Source: an uncultured Myxococcota bacterium
GTDB lineage: Bacteria > Myxococcota_A > UBA796
Length of the DNA: 64,000 nt
Direction of reading: 5' to 3'
NCBI GenBank assembly: GCA_965661985.1
Contig: CBFIFY010000002.1
Location: 78,195-142,194 of the forward strand
Position numbers and translations under genes: made by a program. Each line of letters begins with the position of its first letter. Positions within the stretch are counted from its first letter, which is position 1. Under the pieces are notes generated by a model, which was given only the letters and a program-made list of their open reading frames with translations, made no database searches and was not told the origin of the DNA. Shown here in pieces: positions 37,248 to 44,849 of this stretch.

Positions 37248-39062
37248 CTAACACACTCTGTAGACTTTGCCCCACCGTCGTCTTCTCATAGAAATGAGAG
37301 CAACGGAAAGTCCTATGCTTCCAGCATCGAGTACGGTCGACAAACCACAAAACCCACCCGTTTCTCCAACAAGTTGAGATGCCGAATAAGTGTCTTTGGG
37401 CGTAACCTCCAAAACATCAGACAGTGGACTAAACTTGCCACCTTCGTCGAAAGCGCGCAGTGCCACATAATAGGTTTCATCATTTTCCAAGCCAGTCAGT
37501 ACAAATTGATATTCTGTGTTTGGCTCCACAGCAAACTGTCTATCCGCTTCTGCATGCTGTTCCCACGTCGGGCCATCGGTTTCAAAATCTGTCCCAACAA
37601 ATGCATCGTTGGAAATGTACAACCGATAGAACGAAACATCCGAATCCGAAATTGCTGTTCCAGACAGAATAATTTGTTCATCTCCATACCCAAGTTCACG
37701 ACTTGTTAAGGCAGGCGTTGATGGTGGGGTGTCCACAGAAATTTGCACTGTATCGTGTCCTATTCCCTCATCGGTCGATACAACAATGCGAATATTGTTG
37801 TCACCTTCCAAAAATTCTGCCGTCACCGAAAGGTTTTCCACCGTGGATTCACTGGCATTCACACTGCCTGAAGCCAAGACCACACCATCGTCATTTGAAC
37901 TTCCGTGCAACAACAGTTCGTATGTTCCAGACAGAGTGCTTTCAAAGGCAACTGAAAACTCAGTCTCGTCTTCCAAGACTGCTGGCACTGGCTCTTCCGC
38001 TTCTACCCACGGGCCATTTCCGATGACTGTCACGGCACCGTCTTCTGTACCGGCTATCAAATACCCTTGGACACTGACCATCTCTTGAATCGAACGGTTG
38101 AGGTCGAGAGGCACTTCAGTCAACAGTTCTGATCCCATCGACGCCCCACCGGCATTGTAGGTAAAGGATTTCAAAGAATCCGCGGTTGAGTCTGCTACCC
38201 ACAGTGCGCCATCGTGCTCAACCAACGCGGTGACCAAGTCAAGATCGGCACCCATCGACGCAAACTGCAACTGATTGCTGGAGTACAAAAATCTATACAC
38301 TCCAGCAGTACCACCTGAAATCAACGCATTGCTTGCATTTTCGGCTGGCAACACATCTTCACAAGAACCCGTTGTGGGCCCCATTTGATCACGCGTTGCA
38401 CCACCAGAGACAGGATCGACCTTGGAAATACTGGTTGAGCCGTGTGCCACAACCAAATAGTTCCCTACACGCTCCATGTCCTTGGGTGCACCATAGCCCA
38501 ACGTTGTCGGAAAGTTGCCTTCTGTTTGTTCCGAAAGTTGCTGTAGATCCACCAAATGAATCCGTGGATTCCCCCCATTTGGATTCTCTCCCAACACAAA
38601 TAGATTTCCTGCGTACAAACTTGCAAAATAAAAGCTTGACGCCTCAACGGGAATCTCCGTCTCAACAATTCCTGTCTCCAAGTTGATTTGGAGCACCCCC
38701 GTGTCATCACAACCAGCGTACAAATACCCAGCCTCATCAAAAGCCAATGCCCCCAACGACCCACTGCACACGTCCATTGTTTCCACAGACCAACTGTCAA
38801 CGGAGAGAATGTGTACTTGGCCAGTGTTGCCAGTTCCAAATACAACCCAACGCTCATCGATCGAAGCTACTACATCTTCAAAGGCGGTACTGCGCTCCTC
38901 CATAAACAGCAATGATTCGGCAACGCCAACATTCAACAATGACCAAAGAGCAAGCATTAGAGCAACTCCTGAAGATGAAAGTGCTGTAACAGCGAGAGTG
39001 AATTGTGGACGGTCAACGCAACGTTGTCTGCACAAAGTTGGATTTCGAAACCTTGTATCCAT
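37248..39062 (-). CDS. secreted beta-propeller / Ig-like / fibronectin-III protein with Cys/TM/Arg C-terminal sorting tail
   Basis: Repeated propeller-blade motifs (GYLYAGCDDTGVLQINL, GNYLVVAHGSTSISKVD, GALWVADSTADSLKSF, GYLIAGTEDGAVTVIG). An FN3-like segment (YQFVLTGLENDETYYVALRAFDEGG). Tail GGFCGLSTVLDAGSIGLSVALISMRRRR. Start uncertain: ATG 39062 overlaps the asd-like gene by 106 nt, while ATG 38957 forms TAATG with its stop. Confidence 0.65.
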   Translation of the reverse strand: MDTRFRNPTLCRQRCVDRPQFTLAVTALSSSGVALMLALWSLLNVGVAESLLFMEERSTAFEDVVASIDERWVVFGTGNTGQVHILSVDSWSVETMDVCSGSLGALAFDEAGYLYAGCDDTGVLQINLETGIVETEIPVEASSFYFASLYAGNLFVLGENPNGGNPRIHLVDLQQLSEQTEGNFPTTLGYGAPKDMERVGNYLVVAHGSTSISKVDPVSGGATRDQMGPTTGSCEDVLPAENASNALISGGTAGVYRFLYSSNQLQFASMGADLDLVTALVEHDGALWVADSTADSLKSFTYNAGGASMGSELLTEVPLDLNRSIQEMVSVQGYLIAGTEDGAVTVIGNGPWVEAEEPVPAVLEDETEFSVAFESTLSGTYELLLHGSSNDDGVVLASGSVNASESTVENLSVTAEFLEGDNNIRIVVSTDEGIGHDTVQISVDTPPSTPALTSRELGYGDEQIILSGTAISDSDVSFYRLYISNDAFVGTDFETDGPTWEQHAEADRQFAVEPNTEYQFVLTGLENDETYYVALRAFDEGGKFSPLSDVLEVTPKDTYSASQLVGETGGFCGLSTVLDAGSIGLSVALISMRRRRWGKVYRVC

Positions 39063-39970
39063 GGGTTCAGATTCGCACGACCTGCCAATATTTTTGGGTG
39101 CCCGGTTGTGCTTCTCAAGTTTGGCAAGATATCTTGCACTTCAATCCAAGGAGATTCTTGCAAGGTCTCCGCCAACTCTTCAATGGTTGGTGCGCTCGCC
39201 ATGGAAATACTCACGTGCATCGAAATACCAGAAAATATCGGAGCCACTTGAATGCGGTTTCGAAATCGATGGGGTTCAAGCAAGGTCAAATCAGCCAGCG
39301 ATTCTCCCACCTTTGCTTCAGACAATTCAGCACTTTGAAGCCCCAGCAAACTTGGAAGTATATCAAAAGCCAATCCATCTGGGAAAATGGCTTGAGGTGC
39401 ATCTTGAAAATTCAACAGCCCCCGCACTTGTTTGGCCAACTCATCAATGCCACGCTGTCCAAAACGAGATGCACTGACCGAAACAATCGACGACATCTGA
39501 ATGGGTTGAAATGCGTGTACACTCTGCCACAACCGAGCGAGCATCGACGCAGTCGGTGATGGTAATGAAGCTGTTCGATGAGACTGAAAGTCTTCTTCTT
39601 TTTCTGCCAACCCAGACAGACTGTACCCAATACTGGACGACCAAGCCCCTGTCACATCGATGATGGCGATGCCGTCCTCTGACAATTCTGCGCCCACTTT
39701 CAAGGCAACTTCGGGTGGGCAACACAAAATGGCAACGTGCAACACAGAACGCACGTCACTGGGAATACCTACATCATCGAGACCATTTACCACAAGGGTC
39801 TCTCCATCGACATCGATCCGCTCTGCGCTACTGGCCAACGAGGCATACAAATGCAACCGACGAACAGGCACAAAGTTACCAACCTCTTGCACAATTTCTC
39901 GTCCAATACACCCTGTTGCACCAACCACAGCAATTTCATATCCGAAGGAAGTTTCAAAACTCATACCCAC
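38957..39970 (-). CDS. aspartate-semialdehyde dehydrogenase family paralog (USG-1-like), catalytic Cys apparently absent
   Basis: N-terminal Rossmann IAVVGATGCIGREI and Asd-like length (337 aa). Where Asd has (A/S)NPNC(S/T)T, this protein reads SLPSPTAS. Confidence 0.65.
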   Translation of the reverse strand: MGMSFETSFGYEIAVVGATGCIGREIVQEVGNFVPVRRLHLYASLASSAERIDVDGETLVVNGLDDVGIPSDVRSVLHVAILCCPPEVALKVGAELSEDGIAIIDVTGAWSSSIGYSLSGLAEKEEDFQSHRTASLPSPTASMLARLWQSVHAFQPIQMSSIVSVSASRFGQRGIDELAKQVRGLLNFQDAPQAIFPDGLAFDILPSLLGLQSAELSEAKVGESLADLTLLEPHRFRNRIQVAPIFSGISMHVSISMASAPTIEELAETLQESPWIEVQDILPNLRSTTGHPKILAGRANLNPWIQGFEIQLCADNVALTVHNSLSLLQHFHLQELL

Positions 39971-39980
39971 ACCTTGTTTA

Positions 39981-40664
39981 TTAATTGTTTGAAGACAGTT
40001 TCATCGAAGCTGGCTTTCCAACGGGCACACCCAATGCCTTGGGAGGCACTGCCGATGCGCCTCGTATATATTGGATAGACACATCACCCGGTGATACAGC
40101 TGTATCCACCAGTTCTATTCCCATTTTGGCCGCCATTAGAGCCGGAGAACGGTCGGCATCTCTGGGGACAAATCCACCGTGCCGAAGTATCTTATCCCTG
40201 TACACTACCGCACCTTCTCCAACGGCTATAAAACGTTGTTTCGGCAACACCTCAGTCAAGGGGACATCTGTCGCACCGGTCAACGCAGTAGGAACAGATA
40301 CTGTAGAATCAAACGCCTGAGCGTATACGTTGTTCCGTCTCGCATCCAACAAGGATAGGCAGTACTCATGTGGCCACAGTGCAGCCCGCACTTGCAGTGA
40401 AGACAAGGGCACCACAGGTATATCTTTGGCGAGGGCAATCCCCAAGGCAATGGACACGCCCACTCTAAGGGATGTGAAGGACCCTGGTCCAGTGGTGACT
40501 GCCACCAGGTCGATTGAATGCTCCTTTACAATTTGATGCAGTTGATCCAACAACACTGCATCAGCGCCTTTGACTATTCTCTTGCTCCACATCCACTCTT
40601 TGTGGGGAGTCGTCAATGCAATACCTGGGACTGGACCTGCGGTATCAATTCCGAGAACATTCAT
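39981..40664 (-). CDS. tsaB: tRNA N6-threonylcarbamoyladenosine biosynthesis protein TsaB
   Basis: MNVLGIDTAGPVPGIAL, VTTGPGSFTSLRVGVSIALGIA; 227 aa, YeaZ/TsaB pattern. Confidence 0.85.
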   Translation of the reverse strand: MNVLGIDTAGPVPGIALTTPHKEWMWSKRIVKGADAVLLDQLHQIVKEHSIDLVAVTTGPGSFTSLRVGVSIALGIALAKDIPVVPLSSLQVRAALWPHEYCLSLLDARRNNVYAQAFDSTVSVPTALTGATDVPLTEVLPKQRFIAVGEGAVVYRDKILRHGGFVPRDADRSPALMAAKMGIELVDTAVSPGDVSIQYIRGASAVPPKALGVPVGKPASMKLSSNN

Positions 40665-42374
40665 TTATCCCCCACTGATCCAGCGTTCAATGTCAAACAC
40701 CAATACGAAAAGCATTAAAAAGACCAAAAACAACACACCCACTTGCTGAATCCGTTCTCGCCACCGAATGGGGAGTGGTTTTCCCCGAATCGCTTCAAAC
40801 AAATAGAATAGAAGTTGACCACCGTCCAAGACAGGAAATGGCAATAAATTCATGACGCCAAGAGAAATTGAAATCAGCGACATCAACTGCACCCAAGCGT
40901 AGACACCTCTTTCAGCGGCGTCGGAAGCTTGACGAACAATCTCCACTGGTCCACCCAAATTTTTGTGTACTGCCGCTTCACCAACGATCAATTTCTTGAG
41001 CTGTTTTAGAATGAACTGAATGATCATTCCCGTTTCTTTGACGGACTTCTCAATCGCCGTTGTAAATGAATGTTTGACGGAGATGGTTGGTCCTTGAGCG
41101 TAAGAACCGTCTCGAGTTGTACCCAAAATGGGTCGATAGCGATATTCACCAGTCAAGGTTGTGTCACGGATCATCTTGGGGATGATCTCAATCGTTTTCA
41201 GTGACCCAGCGCGAACCAGTTCAAGTTTGATCAACCGTGCTTCAGCTTCTGCCCCTTCCCCTGTTTTGGCCTCACTGATCGCGTCCAAGACATCTCTCCA
41301 AGAGTGTATGACTCGACCATCAATTCTGGAAAAGCGATCCCCCTTTCGCAAGCCTTTCAGATAGGCTGGACTTTGCTCTTCGTTGCCACCCATCATCGAC
41401 ATAAATCCTGCTTCATCGACCGTGACGGTTTCGGCAACTGTATCGACAAAGATGGTCGCTGGTAAAATCCCCCACTTGGTATTGAGCCCAGAAAACTCCA
41501 CCGCACCGACAGGTTGCCAACCTGGATTGTAATTTAGGGTTGCCGTATTAAGGGCTCCATCTCGTTCAAACTGCATTTGCAACTGACCGTTCTTTTGTTG
41601 CAACATTGACTGCAATGCTGGATAGTCTGCAACAGGCTTGCCGTTGACTTCAGTGATTGTGTCACCAGTTTGAAGCCCCGCAATACCGGCTGGTGATTGT
41701 GGACTGTCCACTCCGATTTCAGCAGCCTGTCTCAAGTATTGAATGCCGAAATTTGCTGCCAATCCTTCGGTGGCGTCCTTTGCCTCTTCTTTTCTAAGGC
41801 GAAACCTCAGGTTTTTCCGCTGCCCATTGCGGGCTATCACCATGCCATACTTGCCTTCTGGAAGGGTATCCAATTGCTTGTAGACAATCTCCCAACTCGG
41901 TGTATGAACACCGTTGATTTGCTCAATCTCATCCCCTGCAATCAAGCCAGCGTTGTGCGCTGGCGTACCCCATTCCACTTCACCGATCACCGGTGCTGGT
42001 TGCCGTTCTCCGCTCATCAACAGCATAGTGAACAGACATATTGGCAAAATCAAATTAAAGGCGGGACCTGCCAGAACGATGAGAATTCTTTTCCACACTG
42101 ACTTCTGTAGAAAAGCGGTATTGGGGTCAACATCTTCATCCAACACTTCCATTGTTCCAAAAGGGTCAGAACCACTCATCAAAACATAGCCACCAAAAGG
42201 CAACAACGATATGCGATAATCTGTCCCTCTCCATTCAAAACCAAAGAGTCGCTTTCCATAGCCAATGCTCAACACCGTACAGTGTACACCACACATTTTT
42301 GCAACAATGAAATGACCAAACTCGTGTACGAACACCAAAATGGCAATCAACGCAATGGCAGGTAGAATACTCAT
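40665..42374 (-). CDS. rseP: RIP (site-2) zinc metalloprotease RseP with extended PDZ region
   Basis: HEFGHFIVAK (HExxH in TM1), NLLPFPVLDGG, and several PDZ-like segments (GLIAGDEI, GLQTGDTI, GLRKGDRF). It is 569 aa, longer than the ~450-aa form I recall. Confidence 0.9.
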   Translation of the reverse strand: MSILPAIALIAILVFVHEFGHFIVAKMCGVHCTVLSIGYGKRLFGFEWRGTDYRISLLPFGGYVLMSGSDPFGTMEVLDEDVDPNTAFLQKSVWKRILIVLAGPAFNLILPICLFTMLLMSGERQPAPVIGEVEWGTPAHNAGLIAGDEIEQINGVHTPSWEIVYKQLDTLPEGKYGMVIARNGQRKNLRFRLRKEEAKDATEGLAANFGIQYLRQAAEIGVDSPQSPAGIAGLQTGDTITEVNGKPVADYPALQSMLQQKNGQLQMQFERDGALNTATLNYNPGWQPVGAVEFSGLNTKWGILPATIFVDTVAETVTVDEAGFMSMMGGNEEQSPAYLKGLRKGDRFSRIDGRVIHSWRDVLDAISEAKTGEGAEAEARLIKLELVRAGSLKTIEIIPKMIRDTTLTGEYRYRPILGTTRDGSYAQGPTISVKHSFTTAIEKSVKETGMIIQFILKQLKKLIVGEAAVHKNLGGPVEIVRQASDAAERGVYAWVQLMSLISISLGVMNLLPFPVLDGGQLLFYLFEAIRGKPLPIRWRERIQQVGVLFLVFLMLFVLVFDIERWISGG

Positions 42375-43144
42375 TCTCTCTCCTGACGGTTCTTCTCAAA
42401 CAAGAATACTCCTGCTGTAACAGATACATTCAAGGATTCCAGTCCCAGGTTCAAAGGTACTGAAGCAATGTGATCGCATTTATTGCGCAAGGTAGGCGAC
42501 AACCCTTTGGACTCCCCACCAAAGACAAAAGCGACTGCTCCCTTCAACGGCAAATCCCAGATCGGCACACCATCCATGTCTGCACCAATCACCGTCACAC
42601 CAGCCTTTTTAATGTGCTTGATGGCGTTGAACAATCCCTCACGAACCAAAGGCACTTCTTCACTACCTCCCATCGCAACCCGTTGAACCACAGGTGTGAG
42701 TCCTTTCCCTCGAACATCTGGAATGATCACACCATGAACGCCAGCACCCATCGAGGAACGCAAAATGGCACCCAAGTTTTGTTCATAATTGAGTTCATCT
42801 ACCATCACCAAGAATGGTTGTTCATCCTTGGCGTAGGCAGCATCGATTATTTCTAGCGAGGTGTAGGAGGGGTGTGGGTCCGCTGTAGCTATGACACCAT
42901 TGTGAACACCTGTTACAGATTTTTCGTCCAACTCTTGCCTGGAAACCTGGGTCAAAGGAATATTGCGTTTTCGTGCCAAAGACACAATCTCTGTGATCTT
43001 TTGGTCCTGTTTTGCCCGCGCATCCAACCAGATTTGATGCACAGTGCGTTTCTTGCGTCGAAGCACTTCAACGATGATGTTTCGCCCTTCAAGTTGATCG
43101 ATTGTTGGGCGTTTATTTTTGCGATGTTTTTTTGATTTGGCCAT
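42371..43144 (-). CDS. rlmB: SpoU/TrmH-family RNA 2'-O-methyltransferase (RlmB-like)
   Basis: N-terminal substrate-binding domain (GRNIIVEVLRR) and SpoU motifs NLGAILRS, FVFGGESKGL, IPLNLGLESLNVSVTAGVFLFE. ATGA-type 4-nt overlap with rseP. Confidence 0.75.
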   Translation of the reverse strand: MAKSKKHRKNKRPTIDQLEGRNIIVEVLRRKKRTVHQIWLDARAKQDQKITEIVSLARKRNIPLTQVSRQELDEKSVTGVHNGVIATADPHPSYTSLEIIDAAYAKDEQPFLVMVDELNYEQNLGAILRSSMGAGVHGVIIPDVRGKGLTPVVQRVAMGGSEEVPLVREGLFNAIKHIKKAGVTVIGADMDGVPIWDLPLKGAVAFVFGGESKGLSPTLRNKCDHIASVPLNLGLESLNVSVTAGVFLFEKNRQERE

Positions 43145-43214
43145 AGCACACTTCAGGTTGGAGATGAGAATTTTGGCTCACCAGTGGTGAATCCCGTATA
43201 ACTACACCACCTGA

Positions 43215-43517
43215 TCAGCCGTCCAGATTTTTGTTTAACTCAGCAAACAGTACCTCGCTCATTTTAAAGCGCAACCTTCGTTTGGCTGGAACGATGGTTT
43301 CTTCACCAGTATCAGGATTCCGACCGACATAACCATCATATTCTTTCGCGGCAAAAGAGCCAAAGCCTCGAAATTCAATGCGTTGACCATTTTTCAAAGA
43401 TTCAATCATCTCCTCAAAGAGTTTGTTGACAATCTTTTCTGCACGACTCTTTGGCAATTCAAAAATCAATGCAATTTCTTCAATGATATCAGACTTGTTC
43501 AATGTTTTTTTCGGCAT
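43215..43517 (-). CDS. HU/IHF-family DNA-binding protein (IHF-like)
   Basis: 100 aa; SDIIEEIA...AEKIVNKLFEEMIESLKNGQRIEFRGFGSF..K....GRNP.TGE...VPAKR..RFK is the bacterial histone-like signature. Confidence 0.8.
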   Translation of the reverse strand: MPKKTLNKSDIIEEIALIFELPKSRAEKIVNKLFEEMIESLKNGQRIEFRGFGSFAAKEYDGYVGRNPDTGEETIVPAKRRLRFKMSEVLFAELNKNLDG

Positions 43518-43599
43518 GGTTTCCTAATACACGTGACAAAATTTCTAACTTCTATCCAAACAAATGGAGAGTATTGGGCGCGATAGACTTCTTCAGCAA

Positions 43600-44823
43600 T
43601 CAAGAATCTTCAGATGTTTGATTTGACTGTCCTTTGGGAGAAAATAGGTCAGCCAACCAAGGTTGTACATCTTGCATGAGCAAAATGGTGGGCGACGCTA
43701 CAAAGATGGTCGAGTATGTTCCCACAATAACACCCAAGAAAATTGCCAAGGCAAAGGTTTGAATCACAGCACCACCCAATACAAGGAATGCAGTCATACC
43801 CGCCAAGGTGGTGACAGATGTCGCAAGCGTACGCCCCAAAGTTTCATTGATGGAAACATTGATCATGGTCTCCAAGTCATTTCTCCGGTACCGAGTCATA
43901 TTCTCGCGTAGGCGGTCGTAGATGACAATCGTATCGTTCAACGAGTATCCAATAATGGTCAACAAAGCTCCAATCATTGGAAGGTTGAATTCATAAGTAA
44001 TCCCCATCATATCCAGTGCGACAAACACCCCCACAACAATACTGACATCGTGAAATAGCGCGAGTACTGCACCAGGTGCGAAGGACAAGTTGAATCGCAA
44101 AGCAACATACACAAGAATCAGCGCCAAGGTTGCCAAAATGGCAATCATTCCCTGCTGACGAAGTTCCGCACCCACTTTTGGGCCCACCGAATCCACTTGA
44201 AGTACAGACAAATTGGAAACGGTCTCTCCTTTGTCATTGGTATAAGAACCGGTTCCTGGAAATTTTCCCTGTAATGAAGCTTCTAGTTTGCTGCTCAGTC
44301 CAGGTACTTTGACGTAGATTTTGTTTGCATCGGAAGACTCCTCTGCAACAGCACCATCAATGCCAGAGATGGCGGCTTGAATGTCGCTGATACTCTTCGG
44401 GTCACCACCATAGGTCAGCATTAACCGTGCTCCAATTTGGGCGTCAAACTCTGACTCTTGAATCCAATCTGGACCAAACTGACTTGACAACGCACTGAGA
44501 ATTTCAGTTTTGATCTCTTCAGTTCCAAATTCAGGATCTTGAATCCGAATAACAAACTCATTCGCCGATGCATCGTTTATCTGCTGTACAGAGTCATCTG
44601 AAATATCCATCTCGGAGAGTGCACCACGAAGATCCCCAATCGTTGTGTCCTCCTGAAACTTTAAATGCATCTCCAAACCACCTGTAAAGTCAATTCCCCA
44701 AGTGGGTCCCACCAAGAAAAATAACCCCAGTGAAATACTGACCAAAACAACAGACATCATCGCTGCGACTTTTCGCATGCCAACAAAATCAACGCTTTTC
44801 TTTGGTGCCAACCAATTTGCCAT
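43600..44823 (-). CDS. secF: protein translocase subunit SecF (extended periplasmic loop)
   Basis: WGIDFTGG, LSVLQVDSVGPKVGAEL, GYSLNDTIVIYDRLREN; 407 aa, against ~300-320 as I recall for typical SecF. Confidence 0.9.
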   Translation of the reverse strand: MANWLAPKKSVDFVGMRKVAAMMSVVLVSISLGLFFLVGPTWGIDFTGGLEMHLKFQEDTTIGDLRGALSEMDISDDSVQQINDASANEFVIRIQDPEFGTEEIKTEILSALSSQFGPDWIQESEFDAQIGARLMLTYGGDPKSISDIQAAISGIDGAVAEESSDANKIYVKVPGLSSKLEASLQGKFPGTGSYTNDKGETVSNLSVLQVDSVGPKVGAELRQQGMIAILATLALILVYVALRFNLSFAPGAVLALFHDVSIVVGVFVALDMMGITYEFNLPMIGALLTIIGYSLNDTIVIYDRLRENMTRYRRNDLETMINVSINETLGRTLATSVTTLAGMTAFLVLGGAVIQTFALAIFLGVIVGTYSTIFVASPTILLMQDVQPWLADLFSPKGQSNQTSEDS

Positions 44824-44849
44824 CTCTAACTCTCCTTACTGTGCCATCA

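Noticed and set aside
40665-42374. RseP considered as the processing protease for the Cys/TM/Arg C-terminal tails.
   Set aside because: RseP is the universal site-2 protease of the sigma-E/envelope-stress pathway and sits in a conserved housekeeping context. Nothing links it specifically to the tagged cargo.
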